From the NCBI GenBank assembly GCA_036481345.1, contig JAZGHU010000012.1, positions 1-37,689 of the forward strand: 37,689 nt of DNA, in the 5' to 3' direction. Source of the DNA: Candidatus Woesearchaeota archaeon (GTDB lineage Archaea > Nanobdellota > Nanobdellia > Woesearchaeales > WJKL01). Of the stretch, positions 8,327 through 16,971 are shown piece after piece. A model generated the notes under the pieces. It saw nothing but the letters and a program-made list of their open reading frames with translations. It was not told the origin of the DNA and searched no databases. The translations under genes and the position numbers were made by a program. Position 1 is the stretch's first letter, and each line of letters starts with the position of its first letter.

Positions 8327-9250
8327 ATGTATGTTGTTGAAAAATCTAAAGCTGGAATAAGCTCTTTACCTGCAAAAGAAATAAAGTCAAACAAGATTAA
8401 ATATTTTGCAAGCAAGGTTGCTAGGGATATATTGAGAGAACTAGCTAAAGAATCTAATTATCCAAGAAAGCTTGCCAAGAAATTAAGGTTGAATGAGCAG
8501 CTTGTTTATTATCATATAAGAAATTTAGAGAAAGGTGGGTTAATTGAAGTAATTAAGAAAGAAAGAATTCAAGGAAGTTTTGCAAATTTTTATGCTTTGA
8601 AAGAACCTGCTTTTGTTGTGAAATTCAAAGAGTTTGATAAAGCTTCTAAGATATCTGAGTTAGAAAAAGAACAGACAAAATTTTTGACTCCTTTTATTGA
8701 AGATGGGAAGTTTAGGGCTACAATAATTATTGGAAGTCCTGATCCGCATGGTCCTGATAAAGCAAGAAGTAGAGATGGTTATTATGCAATTGATTTAGCT
8801 TTATTTTTTGGAACTTTTTTAAGTTATACTCCTGAATCAAGTGTAAAATTAGATACTGAAGTTAGAGAACATGATTTAGAAGGGAATATCATTGTTGTTG
8901 GGGGGCCTGTTGTTAATACTGTTACTGGAAAATTGAACCTTAAATTGCCAATTAAATTTGATAAAGAAAATAGTTGGGCTGTTAACTCTACTATTTCTGA
9001 AAAGAGTTATACTTCAGATGAGATTGGTGTAATAATCAAGATGAAAAATCCTTTTAATCCTAGGAAATCCCTTTTGTTAATTGCTGGGAAAAGGCATTCA
9101 GGAACAAAGGCTGCGATAATTGCGTTTTTAAAACATTTTAATGAGATTTCTAATGGGAATAAATTCAATAAAAATATGTTTGCTAAGATTGTCGAAGGAA
9201 TAGACTTAGATAGTGATGGAATTGTGGATGAAGTAGAATTTTTGGAGTAG
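8327..9250 (+). CDS. ArsR-like winged-HTH regulator fused to an S-layer C-terminal-like alpha/beta domain
   Basis: N-terminal YPRKLAKKL...QLVYYHIRNLEKGGLI; C-terminal IIIGSPDPHG, NIIVVGGPVVN, LIAG...GTKAA. Confidence 0.8.
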   Translation: MYVVEKSKAGISSLPAKEIKSNKIKYFASKVARDILRELAKESNYPRKLAKKLRLNEQLVYYHIRNLEKGGLIEVIKKERIQGSFANFYALKEPAFVVKFKEFDKASKISELEKEQTKFLTPFIEDGKFRATIIIGSPDPHGPDKARSRDGYYAIDLALFFGTFLSYTPESSVKLDTEVREHDLEGNIIVVGGPVVNTVTGKLNLKLPIKFDKENSWAVNSTISEKSYTSDEIGVIIKMKNPFNPRKSLLLIAGKRHSGTKAAIIAFLKHFNEISNGNKFNKNMFAKIVEGIDLDSDGIVDEVEFLE

Positions 9251-9252
9251 AC

Positions 9253-9720
9253 TTACTCGAAGAATATGCTTAAAATGTATTCGTCAACACCTTTGTAATA
9301 ATGATCTTTTATTTTTGCTTCTTCTTCAAAGCCCATCTTTTTGTAGAAGTTTCTTAGTTTTCTATTGTTGGAATGAACCATCGCATACATTTTTCTAAGT
9401 TTTAAATTTAATAATTTGAAATATTTATCTGCATCTTGGATTGCTTCTTGAAGAAGTCTTTTAGCAACCGCGTCTCTTTTTTTGCTTGCAAGAATACCTA
9501 TTCTTTCTATTCCAACTAGCTGGTGTTTTGGGAGTCCATGCATATCCCAGCTGATAACTCCTACAAGTTTACCATTTTCTTCTGCTACAATAAAATTATC
9601 TGATTTTCTTTCTCTTAGAAATGTTTGCTTACCTTCTTTAAGTGAGGAGATGTTAAAACATTTACATAACATCTTCCCTATTTTCTCTACATCTGCTAAT
9701 TTAGCTCTTCTATATTTCAT
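9253..9720 (-). CDS. GNAT family N-acetyltransferase
   Basis: YRRA..D, FIVAEENGKLVG, VHSNN...NFYKKMGF, HYYKGVD. Confidence 0.88.
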   Translation of the reverse strand: MKYRRAKLADVEKIGKMLCKCFNISSLKEGKQTFLRERKSDNFIVAEENGKLVGVISWDMHGLPKHQLVGIERIGILASKKRDAVAKRLLQEAIQDADKYFKLLNLKLRKMYAMVHSNNRKLRNFYKKMGFEEEAKIKDHYYKGVDEYILSIFFE

Positions 9721-9781
9721 ATTACTCCCTAAATAGAATATAGCTTTTCTAATATATAAGGATTTCTATTTACTTTATATG

Positions 9782-11542
9782 TTAAGAATAATAATACTTG
9801 TTTTTAGACTTTTGTTCTCGATCTTTAACACTACCTTCTTTGTTTGCTCTTGGTCTGTGAGATTCTTCATCTCTTCTGAAAGTGATCTCTAAATCCTGTA
9901 AGAAATGATTCATTCCTTGCTCCATCAGGAAAGGACCTTTTGCCATTCCTTCAATTGCAGGCTGACCATCAAAGATCAATAGTTTTTGAGAAATATAATC
10001 TAGGAAGAGAAGATCGTGGTCTACGATTATTGCTGATTTACCTCTATGCTCCATTATGTCTCTGATTATTTTTGAGACAATCAATCTTTGTTCTACATCC
10101 AAGTATGCAGACGGTTCGTCAAGAAGATAAAGATCTACATCTTTTGCTAAGCATAATGCAATTGAAACTCTTTGCAATTCTCCACCTGATAATTCATTTA
10201 GTTTTTTCATGTATAATGGCTTGATGTTTAATGGGTTGATAACATCATTAGTGTGTTTTTTTATTGCTTCTTGGAGAACATTTATCACTATTTCGTCTGA
10301 ATCTGATTTTAGATATTGCGGTTTGTATGAAACTTTGACTTTTGTTAGAATCTCTCCTTTGTCTGGCTTGATTTCTTTAGCTAGAATTTTGACAAAAGAT
10401 GTTTTTCCAATTCCATTTTCTCCTAAGATACCTGTTACTATTTTTTTATCTATATCTCCTGCTTCTGCTATTAAATTGAATGTTCCTAATTTCTTTTTTA
10501 TGTCTTTCCAGGAAGTTAGAATCAATTCTTCTGATTTCTTTTTTATTGGGGGGCGGCTTTGGAATTTAATTGGGTGGTCACGGAAACGCATATTTTCTTC
10601 TTTTAAATATCCTGATAAATAAGTGTTGATTGCTGTTCTTGTTGCTCTTGGGTTAGCTACAACACCATAACAAGATTCTTTTCCATACATAATATGGACA
10701 AGATCTGTCATATAATCTAAGATTATAAGATCGTGTTCAATAACTAATACAGAAGTAGATTCATTTGCTAAACTTTTTATGAATTTACTTACTTTGATTC
10801 TTTGTTTTATATCTAAATAAGAAGTTGGTTCGTCAAAGATGTATAAATTTGCTTTTTTTAGAACAGTAGCTGCTATTGCAACTCTTTGAAGTTCTCCACC
10901 TGATATTTTTTTGATGTCATGATCAAGAATTTGAGTTATGCTTAGTTCTTCTGCAATTTCTTTTAATTTGCCTTTTTCATCAACTTTTTTTAGCAAAGTT
11001 CTGACTTTTCCTTTTTCTGCTTTTGGGATTAAGTCTACTTGCTGGGGTTTGTAGGAAATATTAATCTCTTTGTCTCTTACTTTTTCAAAAAATAATTGTG
11101 ATTCTGTTCCTTTAAAGTATTCTATCAATTGTTCATAAGTAGCTTCTTTATCTTTTCCAAAATTTGGCTTTAAGACGCCTGCAAGAATCTTTATTGCAGT
11201 GGACTTTCCAATTCCGTTTATTCCTAATACGCCTACAACTTTTCCAAAAATAGGGGTTGGGAGGGAGAATAGTTCAAATCCATTTTCTCCATATCTGTGG
11301 ATTGGATCTTGTTCAAGTTCTTCTGGCAGATTTATGATATGTTCTGCTCCAAATGGGCATCTATTTTGGCAGATTCCACAGCCAGTGCAGAGGGCTTCAT
11401 CTATCTTAGCTTTGTTATTATCTCCTTTTGTGATGCATTCTTCTCCTGTCCTGTTTACAGGACATAGTTTAATACAAAGCCAATCTCCACAACCAGTTGG
11501 GTTGCATTTTTCTTTTTCAACTATTGCTAATCTTTTTGCCAT
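9782..11542 (-). CDS. rli1: Ribosome recycling ATPase ABCE1/Rli1
   Basis: Two N-terminal Fe-S Cys clusters and two ABC domains (GINGIGKST, GENGIGKTS, SGGELQR twice, DEPTSYLD and DEPSAYLD). Confidence 0.97.
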   Translation of the reverse strand: MAKRLAIVEKEKCNPTGCGDWLCIKLCPVNRTGEECITKGDNNKAKIDEALCTGCGICQNRCPFGAEHIINLPEELEQDPIHRYGENGFELFSLPTPIFGKVVGVLGINGIGKSTAIKILAGVLKPNFGKDKEATYEQLIEYFKGTESQLFFEKVRDKEINISYKPQQVDLIPKAEKGKVRTLLKKVDEKGKLKEIAEELSITQILDHDIKKISGGELQRVAIAATVLKKANLYIFDEPTSYLDIKQRIKVSKFIKSLANESTSVLVIEHDLIILDYMTDLVHIMYGKESCYGVVANPRATRTAINTYLSGYLKEENMRFRDHPIKFQSRPPIKKKSEELILTSWKDIKKKLGTFNLIAEAGDIDKKIVTGILGENGIGKTSFVKILAKEIKPDKGEILTKVKVSYKPQYLKSDSDEIVINVLQEAIKKHTNDVINPLNIKPLYMKKLNELSGGELQRVSIALCLAKDVDLYLLDEPSAYLDVEQRLIVSKIIRDIMEHRGKSAIIVDHDLLFLDYISQKLLIFDGQPAIEGMAKGPFLMEQGMNHFLQDLEITFRRDEESHRPRANKEGSVKDREQKSKNKYYYS

Positions 11543-11596
11543 AGGTGTTTAGGAGATAAGGGTCTTTTTAAAGGTTTGGTCAAAATACCAAACCAG

Positions 11597-11625
11597 ACAT
11601 TCATGAAACTTCGTTTTATAAATGT
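11597..11625. repeat. Intergenic triloop hairpin
   Basis: acattcatgaaac-TTC-gttttataaatgt (13-bp stem with one mismatch and one G-T). Confidence 0.6.
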
Positions 11626-11678
11626 AAAACTTTTGAATAATTAGAAAACAATTTAAACAATCTTGGAACTCTTTGTTT

Positions 11679-12104
11679 ATGGTTGAATTTAATCCTGATG
11701 GAAGTATTAAACTTCCAGAAAAGTTTGCAAAAATTAAAACAGAGAATGAGATGAGATTAAAGAATCAAAGATGTATAAAAGTAAAAAAAGATATTGTAAA
11801 TTTTGATTCTCCAAAAAAATGTACTCTTAATATAGTTCTTTCAGAAACAATTTCTGATAATAGATTTGTGGAAAATATTTATAATTTTTTTAGAGAAAAG
11901 TGTTCAGTTCCTACTAAGATTATGAAAGTTAATGAAAAAGAGTTTTCTGTTGAGATTGGTACAGATTTTAGAAGATGTAGTGATTGTTGTTCTTTAATAA
12001 ATAGGTATAAAGATTTTCTAGATGGAAATCTTATTGAAGAAAAAGGAAACTGTACTTATGAGAGAATTACTCAGAATTTTACATATGAAGATTATTTTGA
12101 TTAG
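11679..12104 (+). CDS. Hypothetical protein with AbrB-like N-terminal motif and Cys cluster
   Basis: MVEFNPDGSIKLP; RRCSDCC...GNC; own TATA-like tttaaac upstream. Confidence 0.8.
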   Translation: MVEFNPDGSIKLPEKFAKIKTENEMRLKNQRCIKVKKDIVNFDSPKKCTLNIVLSETISDNRFVENIYNFFREKCSVPTKIMKVNEKEFSVEIGTDFRRCSDCCSLINRYKDFLDGNLIEEKGNCTYERITQNFTYEDYFD

Positions 12105-12151
12105 TTTTCATTTTCACAAACCTTTAAATAGGTCTTTTTATTTGAATTACT

Positions 12152-12310
12152 ATGGCAAAGTGCGAAATATGCAAAAAAAGGATCAATGAAACGTTTTTGA
12201 GAAAGTTAGTTGGAACTTATATTAAAGATAAAGGTAAGAAAAAAGCAATTTGTTTTGAATGCCAGAAGAAGTTCAAAACAAAAGAAGAAATTCTTAAGAA
12301 TTTGAATTAG
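12152..12310 (+). CDS. 52-aa C4 zinc-finger microprotein (not in ORF track)
   Basis: MAKCEICKKRINETFLRKLVGTYIKDKGKKKAICFECQKKFKTKEEILKNLN*; two CxxC pairs; ctttaaata TATA about 25 nt upstream. Confidence 0.85.
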   Translation: MAKCEICKKRINETFLRKLVGTYIKDKGKKKAICFECQKKFKTKEEILKNLN

Positions 12311-12320
12311 GTAGATTTCT

Positions 12321-13289
12321 ATGGACAATAATGAACGGCCTCTTTTGAGGAAAACCTGGTTTGGCAGATGTATCTTTGTTGGTTGGTATTGTGAAAGAGG
12401 TAGTTGTAAGTTTTGTTATAGGAGCACTACAAGTCATAAGAAGAAGCATGCTGTGAAGTCAAGAAGATCAATGAGTTCAATGATTGCTGATGCTGTTATT
12501 GGAAAGAATCTTGGTTGGAAATTTGAATATTTGACTGGGGGGTATGCTAATTGGGATATAGATAGGATTGTAGAGATTGCAAAGAATATTTCTGAAGTTT
12601 ATGGAGAGAAAATATGGGTCAATCTTGGAGTTTTGAGTGAAGATGAGATGGATAAATTAAATCCTTATGTTGAAGGGATATGTGCTTCAATGGAAACAGT
12701 TGAAAAAGAACTTCATGATAAGATTTGTCCTGATAAACCAATGGAACCTTATTTTGAAATGCTTGATTTGGCCAAGAAAAAAGGATTTAAGACAAGTATT
12801 ACAATTGTAATTGGATTAGGAGAGAAAAAAGAGAATATTTCTTTGTTATTTGATTTTATCAAAGAACATAAATTAGATAGAATCACTTTTTATGCTTTAA
12901 AGCCAGTAAAGGGAACTGAATTTGAAGGAAAAGAATCTCCTTCAGTTGAAGATTATTCATGGTGGATCAGAAAAGTAAGAGAAGAATTTCCTTCTATAGA
13001 GATAATTGCTGGATTGACCCCAAAAAAAGTTGATTATGTTAAATATATTTTAGAAGCAGGAGCAACTGCAATAACTAAATTTCCAGCTGTTAGATTATTT
13101 GGATCTGAAAAGGCCCAGAAAATTGAAAAAATGGCCAAAGAAGCTAATAGAGAATTTGTTGGAAGTTTAACAAAGGTACCATCTCATATAGATTGGGATG
13201 AAGAAGTTGATAAATTAAGTATAAATAGTGATTTGAAAGAAAAAGTAAAAGTTAAATTAGAACAATATTTAACTAAAATCAAGCAGTAG
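12321..13289 (+). CDS. Radical SAM protein, BioB/HydE-like fold, with CX4CX2C motif
   Basis: WYCERGSCKFCY, LTGGY, SMET, IVIGLGE, YALKPVKGT. Confidence 0.88.
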   Translation: MDNNERPLLRKTWFGRCIFVGWYCERGSCKFCYRSTTSHKKKHAVKSRRSMSSMIADAVIGKNLGWKFEYLTGGYANWDIDRIVEIAKNISEVYGEKIWVNLGVLSEDEMDKLNPYVEGICASMETVEKELHDKICPDKPMEPYFEMLDLAKKKGFKTSITIVIGLGEKKENISLLFDFIKEHKLDRITFYALKPVKGTEFEGKESPSVEDYSWWIRKVREEFPSIEIIAGLTPKKVDYVKYILEAGATAITKFPAVRLFGSEKAQKIEKMAKEANREFVGSLTKVPSHIDWDEEVDKLSINSDLKEKVKVKLEQYLTKIKQ

Positions 13290-13357
13290 AGAGTCTGTAA
13301 TGGCTGAATTCTGGTAGATGAAGTGGTTGAAAATAAGGTTCTAAGAGGTTATGTTAC

Positions 13358-13412
13358 TATTATACAGTAGTTATAAATAGAAAGATTTATAAAGGAGTAA
13401 TACTGGATAATA
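13358..13412 (+). promoter_or_regulatory. TATA box flanked by a 12-bp inverted repeat
   Basis: tattatacagta (13358-13369) and tactggataata (13401-13412), one mismatch, on either side of gaaagatttataaa. Confidence 0.45.
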
Positions 13413-13416
13413 TACA

Positions 13417-13896
13417 ATGAAAAAGAAATTCAAATTAGCAGATATATTGGGCATTGGGAGTGGTGTTGTTACTTCTATAGCTGTTACAGTGCCTTTAGCT
13501 ATGGATTATTTTTCTAATCTTAATGGAAATTATGATTTTTCTGAAAGTTTAACTCCATATGGATATGGATTGGCTGCAGGAACTCTTGTTGGAGTTATTA
13601 CAAGATCTGCTACAAGATTGTTTCAATCAAAGGGAACTAAAATTGATGAATATGGCCTAGATGTTCAAGGTATTACTCAAAGATTAGATGAATTACATGT
13701 GATATATGGCAATAATGAAATGGATGAAAGTGAAATTGAAAAGGAATTAAAATCACTAAAAAAAAGATCTTGTTATTTGAAAAAAAATTCTTGTAAAAAT
13801 AATGTTGATAGATTCAATACAGTTACAACAATTCAAACTAATATTACTAATTTCTTTGATGAAGCTAATGATTATAGTAATGTCACAATAAAATGA
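13417..13896 (+). CDS. Hypothetical membrane protein (two N-terminal hydrophobic segments)
   Basis: 159-aa ORF with Gly-rich hydrophobic stretches followed by a helical soluble tail. Confidence 0.75.
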   Translation: MKKKFKLADILGIGSGVVTSIAVTVPLAMDYFSNLNGNYDFSESLTPYGYGLAAGTLVGVITRSATRLFQSKGTKIDEYGLDVQGITQRLDELHVIYGNNEMDESEIEKELKSLKKRSCYLKKNSCKNNVDRFNTVTTIQTNITNFFDEANDYSNVTIK

Positions 13897-14039
13897 AACA
13901 TAGAATATCAATTACATTGGATGAAGTAACAGTGCTGAAAATGAAAGAAGCTGTTAGATTAAGTTCTGTTTTTAGAAATCAATCTCATTATGTAGAAATT
14001 GCATTGAAAGAGAAGCTGGAGGGGAGTGAAGATGAGTAA
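13893..14039 (+). CDS. 48-aa ribbon-helix-helix (CopG/Arc/MetJ) protein (not in ORF track)
   Basis: MKHRISITLDEVTVLKMKEAVRLSSVFRNQSHYVEIALKEKLEGSEDE*; ATGA overlap upstream and ATGAGTAA overlap downstream. Confidence 0.85.
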   Translation: MKHRISITLDEVTVLKMKEAVRLSSVFRNQSHYVEIALKEKLEGSEDE

Positions 14040-14613
14040 GAAAGGATTTAGGAATATGAATGAATTGTTATCAAAACTTGACCCGCGTGATTCTTCTTTA
14101 AGAGCAAATATGAATTTTATATCAATACATATCGGAGCTTATGAAAATGAGTTAGAGGAATTGAAAGGAACAGATAATGAATATACAGACTTTTTGCAAA
14201 GACAATGCAAGATTGGTGATCTGGCTCTTAATCAATTGAATCAATATGGTTCTGAATGTATTCTAAAAGCTCAAGAAAGAGTCAAAAACTGGGTTAAACC
14301 TTCAATAAAAGGATATGGTTTTGATGTTGATGATATTGAAGAGTGCAGAACAGAAAAAGATCTATATGAAAAATTAAATCCTTTTGGTTCAAAAGAAGAA
14401 AATATAACTTTATTGGGAGATTTGTTTTTAGAAGCAAGTTCTGCTGGTCGTATCACTCCAATATTTAGGGGGATGATTGATAATGCTGCAGAAGATATAA
14501 ATGAATGTATTATTGATCCAATTGAGAAAGCATATAGAGAAAGATTTGATAATGATGTTTTTGAGTTTTGCAAATTCTATAAAGATAAAGAGGTATTGAA
14601 GGAAAATGAATGA
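14032..14613 (+). CDS. Hypothetical acidic protein
   Basis: Long ORF; GGAGGGGAG upstream of ATG 14032; no family recognised. Confidence 0.8.
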   Translation: MSKKGFRNMNELLSKLDPRDSSLRANMNFISIHIGAYENELEELKGTDNEYTDFLQRQCKIGDLALNQLNQYGSECILKAQERVKNWVKPSIKGYGFDVDDIEECRTEKDLYEKLNPFGSKEENITLLGDLFLEASSAGRITPIFRGMIDNAAEDINECIIDPIEKAYRERFDNDVFEFCKFYKDKEVLKENE

Positions 14614-15316
14614 TTATGATTTTGTAAGAAAAGCCTTGAAGATAGATGAGATGGAACCTTGTAAGAAGAAATTATATTTAAATGAATTAGGTAAATTAGG
14701 TTCTACTAAGTCTGAGAAGGATTGTAAAGAAATAATAACAGGAGAATTTACTAAATATGATCAATGCCTTGCTAGTCTTAGAGGGGAAGGCAATATCTAT
14801 GATGATGAACGTCTAAAAGAAGTGATGAGGTCTCGTACAGTACATCTTACAGAAAAAGAAGCAGAGATAAGACGTACTGCAGCAAAAGATATTTTGGACA
14901 TTATTCAGATTGGTCCTGAAGCTTTTGATGCTCTGGAATCAATTGTAGATAATACATCTTATCTGAGCAAACTGCCAAAGGAAGATGATGAGGAAAAAAT
15001 AATCTATGATGTCAAGGAAAAAGAAGGCAATCGTATAGAAGTGCTTTGTTCTCCAGAACTTATCTGTGCAATGGATAAGTTTGATGATTGGTTAGAAGCT
15101 TTTAAAGAGCACTATAATGAAGCTATTGAAGGCAATTTTGATTATTCTCCTTATAATAATGTACAATTAGTTGGAATGCATATTCCTTCAGAAGAACCAA
15201 GAGTAGATTTTAGAGTTGATTGGTCTAAACATGAATTGGATTTTAGATTTACTGATGAAGATTCAAAAGATATTATTTATGATTTTATAGAAAGGATAAG
15301 AGAAAATGATAGCTAA
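14606..15316 (+). CDS. Hypothetical acidic protein
   Basis: 236-aa ORF overlapping both neighbours; no family recognised. Confidence 0.8.
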   Translation: MNDYDFVRKALKIDEMEPCKKKLYLNELGKLGSTKSEKDCKEIITGEFTKYDQCLASLRGEGNIYDDERLKEVMRSRTVHLTEKEAEIRRTAAKDILDIIQIGPEAFDALESIVDNTSYLSKLPKEDDEEKIIYDVKEKEGNRIEVLCSPELICAMDKFDDWLEAFKEHYNEAIEGNFDYSPYNNVQLVGMHIPSEEPRVDFRVDWSKHELDFRFTDEDSKDIIYDFIERIRENDS

Positions 15317-16301
15317 ATCAATACAAATCTTGAGAAAATTGCAAGCTCCTACTGGTTTGATGATGGCATCACAGGCAGGAGTTACAACTGGTTATAATAG
15401 GGCTTGGCTTCGTGATAATGTTTATGAAGCTCTTGGATTTGAAGCTGTTAAAGATAAAAAAAATGTTATTAAAATCTATAGATGTTTATTAGATATTTTT
15501 CTTAAGCATGAAGAGAAGATTGATTGGGCTATAAGAGAAAAGCCCGATGAGAAATTTAAGTATATTCATGCAAGATATGATCCTCATACTTTTGAAGAGA
15601 TTTATGAGGATTGGGGCAACAAGCAGAATGATGCTGTTGGTGCTGTTCTTTTTAAGATTGGAGAGTTAGAAGAAAAAGGAATTAAAGTTATTAGAAATAG
15701 TAAAGATCTTCGTATATTACAGAAATTAGTTTGGTATTTGGAATCAATTGAGTATTGGCATGATGAAGATAATGGGGTTTGGGAAGAGAATGAAGAAGTT
15801 CATGCTAGCTCTGTTGGAGCATGTGTTGCTGGATTGAAGAAAATAAGTAAAATTGTCGATGTTTCTAAAGAGTTGATTGAGAAAGGGCAGGAAACTTTGA
15901 ATAGATTATTGCCAAGGGAGTCATTGACAAAAGAAACAGATCTTGCTTTGCTTTCGTTGATTTATCCTTATGATATTGTCAATGCAAAACAAAAAAAATT
16001 GATATTAAAGAATGTTGAAGAACAGTTAGTAAGAGAAAGAGGAGTTATCAGATATCATAATGATGCTTATTATAATGAAAATGGAGAAGCTGAGTGGACA
16101 ATGGGTCTGCCTTGGCTTGCAATAATCTATAAACAATTGAATAAGCCTGCACAATATGCAAAATATATGAGAAAATCAGTTGAAGTTATGAATGACCAAA
16201 ATGAAATGCCTGAATTGTATTTTGCAAATTCTCAAAGATTTAATGAAAACAGCCCTTTGGGATGGAGTCAAGCTTTATTCTTAGTTGCGAGGATGAACTG
16301 A
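15306..16301 (+). CDS. GH15-like glycoside hydrolase (phosphorylase kinase alpha/beta-like subgroup)
   Basis: AWLRDN, IHARY, WGNKQND, DNGVWEE, HASSVG, LLPRES.TKETD, EAEW, MPELY, PLGWSQA. Confidence 0.88.
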   Translation: MIAKSIQILRKLQAPTGLMMASQAGVTTGYNRAWLRDNVYEALGFEAVKDKKNVIKIYRCLLDIFLKHEEKIDWAIREKPDEKFKYIHARYDPHTFEEIYEDWGNKQNDAVGAVLFKIGELEEKGIKVIRNSKDLRILQKLVWYLESIEYWHDEDNGVWEENEEVHASSVGACVAGLKKISKIVDVSKELIEKGQETLNRLLPRESLTKETDLALLSLIYPYDIVNAKQKKLILKNVEEQLVRERGVIRYHNDAYYNENGEAEWTMGLPWLAIIYKQLNKPAQYAKYMRKSVEVMNDQNEMPELYFANSQRFNENSPLGWSQALFLVARMN

Positions 16302-16302
16302 A

Positions 16303-16971
16303 ATGAAACATTTTTCAGTTATTATTCCGGCATATAATGAAGAATCTTTGATTGAAAAAACTTTACTTTCAGTTAAGGAACAAGATTATCCTAATTTAGA
16401 GATGATTGTAGTAGATAATGATAGTAATGATTCGACTAGTGAAATTGCTAAGGATTATGCAGATTTGGTTTTGACTTATGGAATGGAACATAATGTTTGT
16501 GCAGTTCGAAATTTTGGAGCAAAAAATTCAAATGGAGAATATATTGCTTTTATTGATGCAGATTCTTGTTTAAGTTCTAATGCTATCAGTAATGCAGCGA
16601 AATATTTGGATGAACAGTATGCAGGAGGAACTTGCAAATTGATTCCTCCAGAAGATAAGTTGATTGCCAAACTTCAGACAGGAATATTAAATAATTGGGC
16701 AAGGTTTATTGCTCCACAATATACACCTTTTATTTATACCACAAAAGAAAATTTTGATGAAGTTGGAGGATGGAATGAAAATTTAGAGTTAGGAAATGAA
16801 TTAGATTTCCAAAGAAATTTATCAAAATTAGGAAAATTGAAATTTGATTTGGAATCTTATATTACAACTTCTCCAAGAAGATATCAAGAAGAAGGTTATA
16901 TGAAAACATCTTTTTTAGGAGTTTTAGGTTATTTTGGATTTAAGATAAAATGGAGGAATATTAGAAAATGA
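16303..16971 (+). CDS. Glycosyltransferase family 2
   Basis: SVIIPAYNEE, VVDNDSNDST, RNFGA, FIDAD, TSPRR. Confidence 0.92.
   Translation: MKHFSVIIPAYNEESLIEKTLLSVKEQDYPNLEMIVVDNDSNDSTSEIAKDYADLVLTYGMEHNVCAVRNFGAKNSNGEYIAFIDADSCLSSNAISNAAKYLDEQYAGGTCKLIPPEDKLIAKLQTGILNNWARFIAPQYTPFIYTTKENFDEVGGWNENLELGNELDFQRNLSKLGKLKFDLESYITTSPRRYQEEGYMKTSFLGVLGYFGFKIKWRNIRK

Noticed and set aside
12321-13289. Calling the radical SAM enzyme biotin synthase (bioB)
   Set aside because: Atypical cluster spacing, no YNHNL motif, and no bio genes nearby.
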